The position numbers and the translations under genes are program-made. Source: Basidiobolus meristosporus CBS 931.73 (taxonomy: Eukaryota > Fungi > Basidiobolomycota). Taken from it: a stretch of DNA of 64,000 nucleotides. The DNA lies in contig MCFE01000273.1 in the NCBI GenBank assembly GCA_002104905.1, positions 1 to 64,000 of the forward strand, written 5' to 3'. The notes beneath the pieces are model-generated. The model saw nothing but the letters and a program-made list of their open reading frames with translations, searched no databases and was not told where the DNA came from. This document shows positions 50,302 through 61,918 of the stretch, one piece after another (position 1 is the stretch's first letter; every line of letters begins with the position of its first letter).

Positions 50302-53300
50302 GAACTCAGATGTAATGATCAAGCAGAGAAAATTCAAGATAATGCTTTATTCAGTTCCAAAAGGCATACAGAAAAGAAGGGAAAGCAACAAAACCAAAGA
50401 AAACCTGGCTGCTGTAACTACTGTAAGAAGCCAGGACACAGGGCAAGAGAATGCAAGAAGAAACAAGCAGACAAAAAACAGAAACTAGAGCAGGCAAACC
50501 ATATAACTACTGATGAACAGTTATTTGTAACTGTGCAAGAGTGCGCAAGTAACCAAAGTAATGAATGGTATATTGACTCTGGAGCATCACAGCATATTTG
50601 TGGTATAAAGGATTGGTTCAGCAACTTAAAGACTATTCCCGTAAGAAATGTTTATCTGGGAGATAACTCTGCATTGGAAGCTACCGCCAGTGGGTCTATA
50701 CAACTAAATATGAGTGATAACTCAGGGGAACAACAGCAAAACTGACTGACATACTCTATGTACCTGGAATAGCTAAGAATCTACTCTCAGTCAGTAAAGC
50801 AACTACTCAGGGACTGAAATTTGTTTTTACTAAGCTGAGCTGCTCAATATTGAGTGAAAATGGACAAAAATTAGCTTTGGGAATCAGAGATCACAATATA
50901 TACAAGTTACATTGCAAGATCATTGTAGCTGAGTATGTCAACATTGCTGAAACTGATGAAACCTACTGGGAGACGTGGCATAGGAGGCTAGGGCACATAG
51001 GGGAACAGAAAACGAGCCAATTGGTGAAAAATCAGCTTGTTCTGGGCTTAAAATACTCAATTCCAATCATATTGAATGTTTGTAAGGGATGTTCATATGG
51101 CAAACAAGCTAGGCAATGTTTCAAGAGCTCAGAAGGCATCAATACCACCAAAATATTGGCTATTGTACACTCAGACATATGTGGCCCCTTGAGAACACTG
51201 CCCTTTGGAGCCAAGAGATACTCTATGACGTTTATTGATAACAAGACAAGATATACGTGGGTGTACTTTCTCGAAACAAAGGATGAAGCTTTAGAGACGT
51301 TTAAGCACTTCAAGAACATGGCAGAAACACAAACTGGGTGTAAATTGAAGGTACTACAAAGTGACAGTGGAGGAGAATACTGCTCAAAGGAGTTTGCAAA
51401 ATACTGCTTGTCTACTGGTATACTTCAACAGACCACAGTTCCTCATACTCCACAGCAAAATGGAGTAGCAGAATGTGCAAATAGAACAATAGTAGAGATG
51501 GGAAGATCTATGCTACATGATAAGGGAATGGATTACAAGTTCTGGGCTGAATCTGTTGCTACCGCTGTATACATCAAGAACAGATGCCCAACAACAGCAC
51601 TACGTGATTCTACACCCTTTGAAGCATATACAGGCAAAAAACCAGATCTCCAGCACCTCAGGATCTTTGGCAGTGATGTTTTTTTAACACATCCCTGAAA
51701 AAAAATGCTCAAAGTTGGAACCAGAGTAGGAAAGGGATCTTTGTTGGGTATTGTGAAGATACTAAAGGGTATAGAGTGTATGATGGCAAAATTCAGAAGC
51801 TGATCAAGAGCAGGGACGTTGTATTTGAGGAGAATTCAGATCAGAAAGCCACGGAAATCTTTGGCCAGCTGCCTGATGATGCAATCAACACAAATGAAGA
51901 AGATACATACCAAATCCAGCCAGAGATGGAAGATACTTCTACCAGTTCCAGATCAGAACAGATTATCCCAGTTAGGAGATCTACCAGAATAAGAAATGCC
52001 CCTGGATCCTGGTGGTGACATCCAATGATCATGAAGAAGCTTATCTTGCCTTATGTGCCAAACCTCAGAATCTGGAACAGGCAATGCAAGGACCAGATGC
52101 TACTAAGTGGCAACAAGCCATGCAGGAGGAGTACCAATCACTGATCAAGGCAAAAACTTGGGAACTGGTAGATTTACCAAATGGGAGAGAGCCAATAGGA
52201 TGTAGATGGGTCTAAAAGATCAAGATAACCTCAAATGGTGCCGTTGATAAGTACAAGGCTAGATTGGTAGTTAAAGGCTATTCCCAGATCCAGGGACTAG
52301 ACTTTAAGGAAACATTTGCTCTGGTTGCCAAGTTTAACTCTATTAGGACAGTTCTAGCCCTGGCGGCTGTACACAGTCTAGATCTACACCAAATGGATGT
52401 CAAAACAGCCTTTCTAAATGGGGATTTGCAAGAAACTATATATATAGAGCAACCAGAAGGATTTACCAATCCAAAAGGCCCCCATAAGGTGTGCAAGCTT
52501 AGAAAATTGTTGTATGGGCTTAAGCAGGCACCCAGAGCATGATATAACAAGATTGACACATATCTAGAGGAAATTGGGTTTACTTGTAGCACAGCATATC
52601 ACAGTATATATGTGAAACAGCTCAATAAGGGTGTGATCATCCTAGTTCTTTATGTGGACAACCTAATTATAGCTACAAGTGATCAAGAGGCACTTAAACA
52701 GACAAAATCAGATCTCTTCAGCAAGTTTGAGATGAAAGATCTTGGGAAATTGAGCTATTTTCTTTGAATTGAGGTCAAATTTAACATACCTACACAGAAA
52801 ATTGTGCTGAATCAGTCTAAGTACATCAGGGACATTCTTAGATGCTTCAAAATGGAAAATTGCAAACCTGCAGCAACCCCTATGGACAATAACCTGAAAT
52901 TAAGCAAATCTCAGCCAATTATAGATAAAAACGGCTCAAATATGGACCAAAACTTTCCCTATCAATCAATGGTTGGTAGCCTAATGTACCTGATGGTGTC
53001 TGCATGTCCAGATATTGCAGTAGCAGTTGGAATAGTCAGTCAATTCATGCAGAATTATGGATCAGATCAAATTGCAGCAGTTAAGCGGATTTGCAGACAT
53101 CTACAAGGTACCATAATTATGGTACTGGAATACTCTGGAGCAGCTAATAGGAAAAAATTTGATGGTTATAGTGATTCAGATTGGGATAGGGATCTGATAG
53201 ACAGATGCTCTACCACAGGCTATGTATTTCTTTATGCTGGTGCAGCTATTACTTGGAATTGCAAGAAACAACCAACTGTGGCACTATCTACAACTGAAGC

Positions 53301-54011
53301 CAAATATATGGCTGCATGTCAAGCAACTAAGGAGGCTATATGGCTACAAAAATTATTCAAAGACTTAGGTTTTAATTCAGGTGAACCAACATGTATTTAC
53401 AAGGATAATCAAAGTTGTATTTCATTAGCTAGAAATCCTACTAATCATGCCAGAACCAAGCACATTAATATACAGCATCACTTTGTGAGGGAAGCTGTAG
53501 AAAATAACTCAGTGGAGCTGGTTTACTGCCCAACTGACAAAATGGTGGCAGACATATTGACAAAACCACTAGCTAGGCCACAGTTTGAGATCCTTAGAGA
53601 GAAATTGGAATTAAGATATTATTTAGTTGAGGGGGAGTGTTGAAATATTGAACTATTTGGTATCATTCAGCAGCTAAAATTTTACTTAACAATTCTAGAC
53701 TAGTCTTAGTCACTGTAGGACTCATTTACTGCCTTAACTTTGCCACTTTCTCCAGATATATGATCTTATGATTATTCCCCTATAGTCAGGATCAAATTAG
53801 CACTATTACCAAACATTATGTACTAACCCTGAAACTGTTACACAATGCTCCTGAATATTGAGAAACCCTCCCCACTTAGTGTTGCAGCTGTATTACTTCT
53901 ACAAAGGTATAAATACTGAGCTTCTTTATGAGTAAACAACAGCTTAACTATTATCACTATTTCTTGATAAGTTCTGTATATCCAAATCACTTCTTATATT
54001 GCAACAGATAC

Positions 54012-57000
54012 TTCTATATTGGCACCTTGCTGTCTTTTTCACCTTGTGCAAGCTGAGTCAGGTGAGTTTGTGACACCTTTAGGCTCACCTTGGCCTTCTG
54101 AGTATGGCATGCAGAGTGAGCTCTCACTAAGAAGGTTCACTGATGGATTTTAAGCCTATCTCCCCTAACAACAATACTATGTAGAAGCCCAGCCAAATCC
54201 CAATATGAAATGAGACAACACCCATTGAAACAAATGCCAAGGATACCTTATGGAGCCAAGTGAGCCAAGTAATCCATCTCCCGGTGAATGATGTAATGTT
54301 GTAGCTAGAGAAGTGGTGTGTTTCCACAAATACCAGTAATGGGGGCTTTGTGGATTTATTACTACTTCTTGCCAAAATCATACCATGATACAACTTACCA
54401 TTTACATGGTACAAGTGGACTACTGAAATGCGGCTGGCAGCATATGATCTAGAGACTGTCCTGATTCCAGCATGTGTTAACAGTTACATGGCATTCATAG
54501 CCAAAAATGCTACCATTGCAATGTGTTCAAATTGTCAGGAATCCACCACCATTGAGGGATAACATTGTTCACACTCCAGATATATTCTGGTAATACCCCA
54601 TCTGAGGAAGCTAATGCAGTCCAACAAATATTGCAAAGCTTTACAGTACCACACCCAGTATCAATCAAGCGCAAATGTACCCAATACATTAGATGGCAAA
54701 CATTGCTAACAGCTAAGAAGCAAGGGATACTTTGAAGGTATGTGTGACCATGCCTTTGCCTTAGCACTTGATGGAGTCTCATCAGACAAGCACTCTACCA
54801 GTAAATCTTGCTGGCCACTGATTCTCATCTATCTGGATCTGCCACCCATCTTATGGTATCAGATCAATAATCCAATGGTAGTATCACTTGTATCTGGGCT
54901 AAATCATAATCCAACCTAGATAGCTACCTATATCCATTGCTGGATGAATTTTGTATGCTTTCCAGCGGGATAAGAGTTAATGGCCATCATATAAAGGTGC
55001 ATATTATTATTGCAATGATCACATGATATCCCTGGTCTCCAATTATCTAGCCATATCAAGTTGGTGAAGAAATCCCAGTTCTGTCTAGAAATTTCTACTA
55101 CATTCTAGCAGCTTCTTGAAAGCTCCAAGTCAATGTTACACAATGGAACATTCTATGGACGCTTCCCATTTGAGCTTATGTATTCCTAAGCCATTTATGG
55201 TACTACATGTCACATGACCTAGACACATGATCTGCTTATCCCTGACATATCTCCATGTGATATTCCAGTCTGTTCTTTAGTATATTCTATCTTGGCACAC
55301 TTACTGTGCCTCACCCCAGTACCCCATCAGTATTAGCCAATATCTCTTGTCATTCATATTGCCAAAAAGCATATATAGTCCTATCACCCCTTATGTATTC
55401 CTCAGTCTGATAAACACGGTCTTGAATAAACAGCCTTGCCTTGGAAACATGCCTTGCCTTGTTGATCCACACCTGAGTCCTTTCCTGGTCCTGCCCTGCC
55501 TAGCCCTACTCTCCTGCCTTGTGTCTATTCCTAACAATTATCTGCATTGGAGATACCCCACCCATTAGCAAGATAGCAGGTTTTTCCGGGCACAATGGAT
55601 GGTATTGCTGTCAAATGTGTGAGATCCAGGGGATTTACTCCATAACTCACACACATTATTATTTCCCAAATGCCAGCACTAAGAACATCATCCTTCCACA
55701 GTGAAAACATACAGAAGTAAGCATGAAATTGTAGCAAAGTTGGCAAGCTATAAGCCATTGGCCAGAATATGGAATCAATCAGAAACTGGAGATATTTAGG
55801 ATAGAGGGTATCAATTGGAGCTAAAGTTTTCCACTGGGAGCCATGCATTTGCTTTTCAACAAAACCCCTATACTGATGGACAAGTTGTACATGTGGTATC
55901 TCAAGCTAAATGAGCCCTTTGAGATACTGGCAAAATATGAAAGAATTGGCAAGATATTACTGAGTATCTGCTACCCTAAGTACTTCTCACTAGATCCAAT
56001 CAATATTCATATGCATATGCCACCATATAAATGGAAAGACTGGATGAACTTGATTTATTTTTATTTAAGTGGCATTCTGAAGCAATTCCTACCAAGAGTA
56101 CATTGGGGGCATTGGGAGTCATATTTGGACATTGTAGGAACATTATCCAGAACTGGATCACCAATGCCAACTTGATGCATCTACAGCTGTTGTGTTATGA
56201 GTTTGTGATGGGATTTGAGTGGCTATACTACAAACATAAAGCTGAATACCTAGATCTCTGCCGCTACTGTATCCATTCACTACTCCATCTTCCATGGTGT
56301 TTGGAGAATATTGGGCCTTGCTTTGCCTTTTGGGGGTTTTCTATGCAGCAGATGTGTGGGGAGATAGGAAGACAAGTCAAGTTGCAGGTACAACCATATC
56401 CCAGTCTCATCAAGTATATTACCTTCAAGTCTGTCATGGATGTGATGAGTTGGCACATGGAGGACAGCCAGGATGAGTTGGGAAATACTGAGGACAAATG
56501 TGCACATGGAGACACCTATGCCTATGGCAGTAAGAAGCTAAGCAGCCCCAATGTGTGGGTAATCAGTTAAATAATGCAAAGCTGGGTTGGGTGCAACAAG
56601 CAACTAATCTTTATTAGGAAAGCTCTACCAAGGTATGCTGGATTTCTCTTAGTCACAAGCCAACTTCTACACCATTCAATATGGAACTCACACAAACAAG
56701 AGCCAGAGGGCACCTATAAGGGGGACTAGAATCCAGCAGGGAGAAGGAATATATTGGCTAAGTACCAAGAAGTTCTTTGCAAATATTGAGGAGGTATTCA
56801 TGGTAGAAGTGGCGGCAACCAAGTATATGTTTGCAAGATGTGTATGTTACAAGCAGTACAAGGTATATGGCAACTTTGCAAGTATCACACTAAAAAGCTA
56901 TAAAGTTGATGTAATAAAAGTATGTCAACTGCAGAAGGTGTGCACATTTGTAGAGGTTAGTAAGCAGGAGGCCATAGTTTTTTCTCATTCAAACTATATG

Positions 57001-57142
57001 TGGAATACCCAAGGTAGTAGTGGGTAAGCAAATAAAGAGGGGTGATTCTACAGTGGAATATATGATTTGCACAAAGGGAGGTAGAAAAAGGAAATACCAT
57101 TTGGTAAATTGGTATGGTAGTATTTTACAGAACCAGCTGTAG
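54012..57142 (+). pseudogene. CACTA/EnSpm-like (Tnp2-family) transposase; 5' piece at 44458-44636
   Basis: LALDG...SCWPLILIYLDLPP...LDSYLYPLLDEF; GDTPPISKIAGFSGHNGWYCCQMCEIQG; LYY...CIHSLLHLPWCLENIGPCFAFWGFSMQQMCG, all motifs typical of fungal EnSpm transposases. Confidence 0.88.
55011..55536 (+). repeat. Family D solo LTR D2 (526 bp)
   Basis: TGCAATGATC...TTCCTAACA, TSD ATTAT (55006-55010, 55537-55541); transposase frame resumes after it. Confidence 0.88.
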
Positions 57143-57369
57143 GCTGCCATACTTTAGATATGATGCCATCAGAGTTTTGCTGTGAGGCCATTGAAATACC
57201 ATCAAGTTTCTTGCAATATAAGGCAATTGGATGTTCTGGCTGGTTAGCTCCATTTAATATAGTTGTAGAGAGCAATAAGACCTCAACAATACCATGCAAA
57301 TATTGTCACAGCACCAATAAAATATTGTCAAGTTTTATCCCTTTATTTGGTGGTTAAATTGGCAAAACA

Positions 57370-59170
57370 TTATTGTGATCCCATCATAAGATTGTTAAGA
57401 GGGTCACTAATTCCAAGCTGCTGGTATTTCAACAGTCTTTCAACAGGATTCTGATGGCTGATCCGGATTGGATTCACCTGTGGGACCAAATTATTTTTTG
57501 TAGGGTATGTTGTAGCCTTGTCTGTCAGTGGGATCTCCACTCTGTCAGCAATGGAAGATATGGAGGTTGTGGTAGACAAATTGTCCTTTTCTGCAAACTC
57601 ATCTACCATGCGTGAGTGTAGCTTAACTGGCTATGCTTTCAGCTCTTGTGAAAACTGCTGTTTTCTTGTAGGTAATCCTTCTTGGCTTTGCAGGGATTCA
57701 GTTGTTCCAGGCTTGCAATATTAATTAGCAAGAACTGCAGTTTTTTTTGCATGCTTCCCTGTCTCAGGCTTAGGTAGACATTTTTCCCTTGATTTTTTCA
57801 TTTATTGCTGCCAGGTCTTTCACTGCTACTTTGTCTGAGTGCTTCATGTAATGAACTACATTTTCCTGTTGATAAATTCTGCTCTAATGTATTTGATTTG
57901 GCCTGCTTGTCCCTTACTTGCACTCTACTGACAAATTGATGGTTCTTTACCGCTTGTTTTGAGCTTTCAGCTGTAGTTGTGACAGGCTCCTGAGAAAGCT
58001 ACTGGTTTTTATCACTGCCAGGTCCTTCACTACTACTTTGACTGAGTGCTTCTTGAGTGGTACTCTGCTGTTTCCTTGATGAATGTTGTGCTGGTGCATC
58101 TGTGTCTGCCTGTTTGTTTCTTATTGGCACTCTTCCAGCTACCTGACATCTTTTTGATGCTTGTGTGGGGCTTTTGCACCAGCTTGTAACAAGCTCTTGA
58201 GGAAGTTACTGATTTTTAGCCATGGCACCCTTGTCCTTCTGCCTTTGACAGTTTCTGCTATTCTCATGATACTATCCTAGCATACCAATGCTGGCCCATA
58301 ACTCATTTGCTTGCTTGAGTCCAGGATAATGCTCATGGATCAAGTCAAGCACATTCTGCTTGGCCTTGAGTTGCTGATGGTCCCATGGTATGCCAGCCCT
58401 GAGGTGATGGTGTGCTAGACTTCTGATGGCCTTTTGAATATTGGCCCACTCTTCATTTTCGAACTCAATGGCTTCACTGATCTTCAATGTCTTTTGATTT
58501 TTCAGCTTTGGTATAAGCGCCACATTGTCACCCTCCCATACGGTGATAGGTCTTTTGGTGGGCTTTATCTTTGGGCACTGTTGTTGTGCTTGAATGACTG
58601 TACAGTGTAATTCTGCTGTTACATTGGAAATGGCTCAATTCTTGGCAGTAACATTCAGCTACTTGAGTTCCTTCTTTGCAGCACAGATATTGCTTTCTCT
58701 ACCTGGGATATTGATTCCTCTACACATAGTATCTGCTCATCCAGTTTCTGGACTATTTACTGACTTCTCTGGGCCATTGCATCTATCCTATCAGCCACTG
58801 CACCTAATTGCCTCTTTGATGCTTTGGCTTGAGCTGACAACATACTTGCTAATATGGATGGTTATGATGTCATGACAGCCACTTGCTAGTCTTCAACATA
58901 AGGTACTGCATTTTCTACACCCTCATCTGCCAGAGCATAACAGTCAGCTTGCAGCTCTGCAGAGGATCTCAATTGCCTACTTGACTGAGAGCCTGAGCAG
59001 TCTACATTAATCCCTTCAGTGGGCACACTGCCAACATGGCCTTTTTTGGATGTTGCCCTGCTTGTTGCACTGAATGTGCAAGCAAGCTGTTGTCCATCCA
59101 TTCTTCTACTGCTGTAAGTTGTGAGGCTTTGTTGAGAACCAGATGGCTTTGCTTTATTTTTTGGCAGCAT
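57370..59170 (-). pseudogene. CACTA-like partner ORF2 in U3
   Basis: Pieces 58886-59170, 58272-58523, 57370-57609; includes the 207-bp duplication at about 57803-58216. Confidence 0.6.
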
Positions 59171-59411
59171 ATTTATGGAAGTGAGTCAAACCAAAGGAGA
59201 AATAGTGTCACATATACATGTGAATATGGTGCCACAACTTTATTTATAATGCTTACTATTGCAGGTAATCATTGAATCTTACATTCATGATGGTGCAATG
59301 TCTCAAATACAAGACTGTCTTAAATTCAATGCAAGTATTGACCAAAAGGTGATGTAGTAGCTTTAGACTTGTTCCATTGGATAGTGCCACATAGTGCTTT
59401 CCTTGCTTTAT

Positions 59412-60296
59412 TTACTCTTCATAATGCTCCAGACACATTTCTCTCAGTGGATGTCTTCTTGTATGAACATACTGTGCATTAATAAGTATCTTAACTATTT
59501 TACCTATTCTGCTGTTTTCTCCTATATATGACTTTCCTCTGTATTTACCTGCCAATATGCTGAATCTCTTCAGATATCCAAATGTGTGCTCTACCCTCAC
59601 TCTGAAATGATTAAATATCTCATTGTAGAGCTTCTGCTTCCTGCTAAGCACACCATTCCTTGGCTTCCTATAAGCGGTAATACATCCTGATCTCTGACAA
59701 TCCTCTCCTATATAGGCTAAGTCTGCCATACATTTCTCCCCTCTACTGAATTCAGGATGATTCTCTACCCAGAGTGCTTTGTCATGCCTACTTCCAGCAA
59801 ATGGCCCACTAAACCAGATGAAGTTACCCTCAATGTCAGACAGTGCTTGAAACTTCACACAGTGTGCCTTGTACTTGCCAGAATAAAAGTGCCTCTGCCC
59901 TCTAGAAGGTCTGTTAATCCTCACTGGGAAGGTATCCAAAATACTCCTGATATGGAACCTGTTGCTGAACACTCTGGGATATGGAAGTCTATTGGAGCTT
60001 CTGAACCTAGTATTCCAAGCTTGCTCTAAGTCATTCATACCCTCTGCAAGGTGGTTCTCCATTGCTGTCAGCTGGGAATGAAAGCTTCTAGGACTTTTGT
60101 TGCCATGGATGGTGGGATGAAACCTTGTAGGGCAATAGTTCTTGTAATAGCAGAAAAGCTTAACAAGGGATCTCCTTGAGTAGATTGGGGTTGATGGTCC
60201 ACAGTACTTGGAATAGATCTCCTCTAGTGTGTCAAAAGGAAATCCAGTGGTAGTGATGGGATTGATGAGAAAAGACCATTCAAATGAGTAAGTCAT
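59412..60296 (-). CDS. DDE_Tnp_4 (PIF/Harbinger/ISL2-like) transposase, 294 aa, apparently intact
   Basis: ILDTFP, YSGKYKAHCVKFQ, GSRHD, MADLAYIG, NHFRVRVEHTFGYLK; open from ATG to stop. Confidence 0.92.
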   Translation of the reverse strand: MTYSFEWSFLINPITTTGFPFDTLEEIYSKYCGPSTPIYSRRSLVKLFCYYKNYCPTRFHPTIHGNKSPRSFHSQLTAMENHLAEGMNDLEQAWNTRFRSSNRLPYPRVFSNRFHIRSILDTFPVRINRPSRGQRHFYSGKYKAHCVKFQALSDIEGNFIWFSGPFAGSRHDKALWVENHPEFSRGEKCMADLAYIGEDCQRSGCITAYRKPRNGVLSRKQKLYNEIFNHFRVRVEHTFGYLKRFSILAGKYRGKSYIGENSRIGKIVKILINAQYVHTRRHPLREMCLEHYEE

Positions 60297-60655
60297 ATTA
60301 ATATTGATGGATGATTGTATGGAGGTGGTTTGAATTGATTCGGCGCAATCTGCGTTATTTATCTGATTTTTAATACATTATGGTTAAATCTCCATCAATT
60401 GCCATGTATCCCAGCATTATGTTGCAAAAATCATCCGCAAACAATGGCTTGCTACTTTTATTGATGCTTTAATCATAGGTCTATAATCAAATAGGAAATC
60501 TGCAATTAATGTGATCTGATCCATGTCAACACAATCCAAGATGCATCATGCATACTATATGGAAAATTCAACAATCACATTAGTTTTCATATATATTTCA
60601 TATAAGACCAGGTTGATGCCAATATACTGCTGTATAAGTATTCAAATCCGTTGCT

Positions 60656-61918
60656 ATGGTCCCCCTACCAAGCCTCAACTCATCTTTAGTACAACCCAGA
60701 CAAAACCCATCCCCCAGCTCACAAGCACGGTCTGGACTGGAAAAGTCAATGTTGGATCCGTTTGAGTTCTTGCCAAATGATTTTAGTATGGCCCATGTGT
60801 CTATGATGAGCCTTCATACAGATATTTGGGCACTACTGATTGGTCTAGCAGAACTAGATACCTCAGAGAGTTGACAAAGATGGCAGAATTTGAGTAGAAA
60901 GCTGTGGCATGAGTTCTACATCAAGATGCCAGCCAATGTATGTAAAAAGAAATATAACAAGACAAGTATTGAAATCAAGAATGAGCTGTGAGTGAGGGGA
61001 TTTGACAAAGAAGCCATGTGGGAACAATTTTGCGTGCAATTTGCACAGTACGGGCCAGACGTGTCCATTTGTGCCTCAACTTTGGGAACCAAAGAGATTT
61101 TGAATGAGTTTTTGCCTCATATGACTAATGTACTACATGATATATTAGTAGAGCTAAGTGGCTTCCAAGAGCAATATTCACAGGACTCATCCAGGCAACA
61201 GCTCCAAAGTATCAGACAGAGGTTAAGTGAATACCTTCAGGAATCAGATGGTGAGCTTCAGGAGGAAGAATACAGACCGCAAGCAACATTGTCCAGATCA
61301 CACCAGCACGCCTTGCTGGATTCCCTACCATCTCTTGCAACCACAGCGCGCCGGTGCACGTCAGTCCAGACCACACCAACACCCTTTACCAGAGCGCCCC
61401 GCATTGAGTCAACGCGCATCAAGTCAACGTGCATTGGGTCAATGCATGCGCTTCAGAGCAAAACTACAAGAACTTGCCAAACTGCTCATTCAGACACATG
61501 TCCATTGGAGCGGACCAGGTTGTGTCAACATGCAGCATCACATTGAACTCAGCCAAGGGCCATCTCAATGCGTCAAGGCGCGCCTGCGCGTGCTGTTTTG
61601 CCTGACCATCAGCGAGTTACTTCTGGTGAACTGACTGATGATGACCCACATGAAGTGCCTCAACCACCGGAGCCCTTGGCAAGTAAAAGAACGCATCAGC
61701 GCGTGGCACTACAGGCCGGTTCAGTTGGTTCAGTTGGAGCAATTCAGTGCAGCCAAGCTGCAGCATTGCACTCATCAACTAGGAGGCAAAATACTGACTA
61801 CGAATACACAAGTAGCCAAGATGATAGTCAGCCAGGAAGTAGTATAGGTGTGCAAAGTGAGTCACTACCAAATGCTTCAGTAGTAATCCCTGTGAGAAAA
61901 AAACCCAGGAGAAGATGA
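60656..61918 (+). pseudogene. H2 ORF2 (stops, frameshift)
   Basis: Pieces 60656-60874, 60992-61546, 61568-61918; homologous to 9680-10912. Confidence 0.65.

Larger units (their letters stand above)
44637..54006 (+). mobile_element. Copia A copy A3, full length, interrupted by Copia B2
   Basis: LTRs 44637-45006 and 53638-54006, TSD GATAC (44632-44636, 54007-54011), PBS 45007; gag 45043-45603 resumes at 50307; pol pieces to 53643. Confidence 0.96.
54012..59364 (+). mobile_element. CACTA-like chain U3, right part: transposase body, then a second ORF2 and spacer belonging to the next tandem unit
   Basis: Resumes after the A3 TSD; same gene order and spacer as U1 and U2; cut by H2 at 59365. Confidence 0.85.

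Noticed and set aside
59203-59207. TAGTG in the CACTA-like spacer, conserved in four copies, as a possible element right end
   Set aside because: No matching CACTA start or extended inverted repeat nearby, and it lies only about 35 bp from the ORF2 start codon
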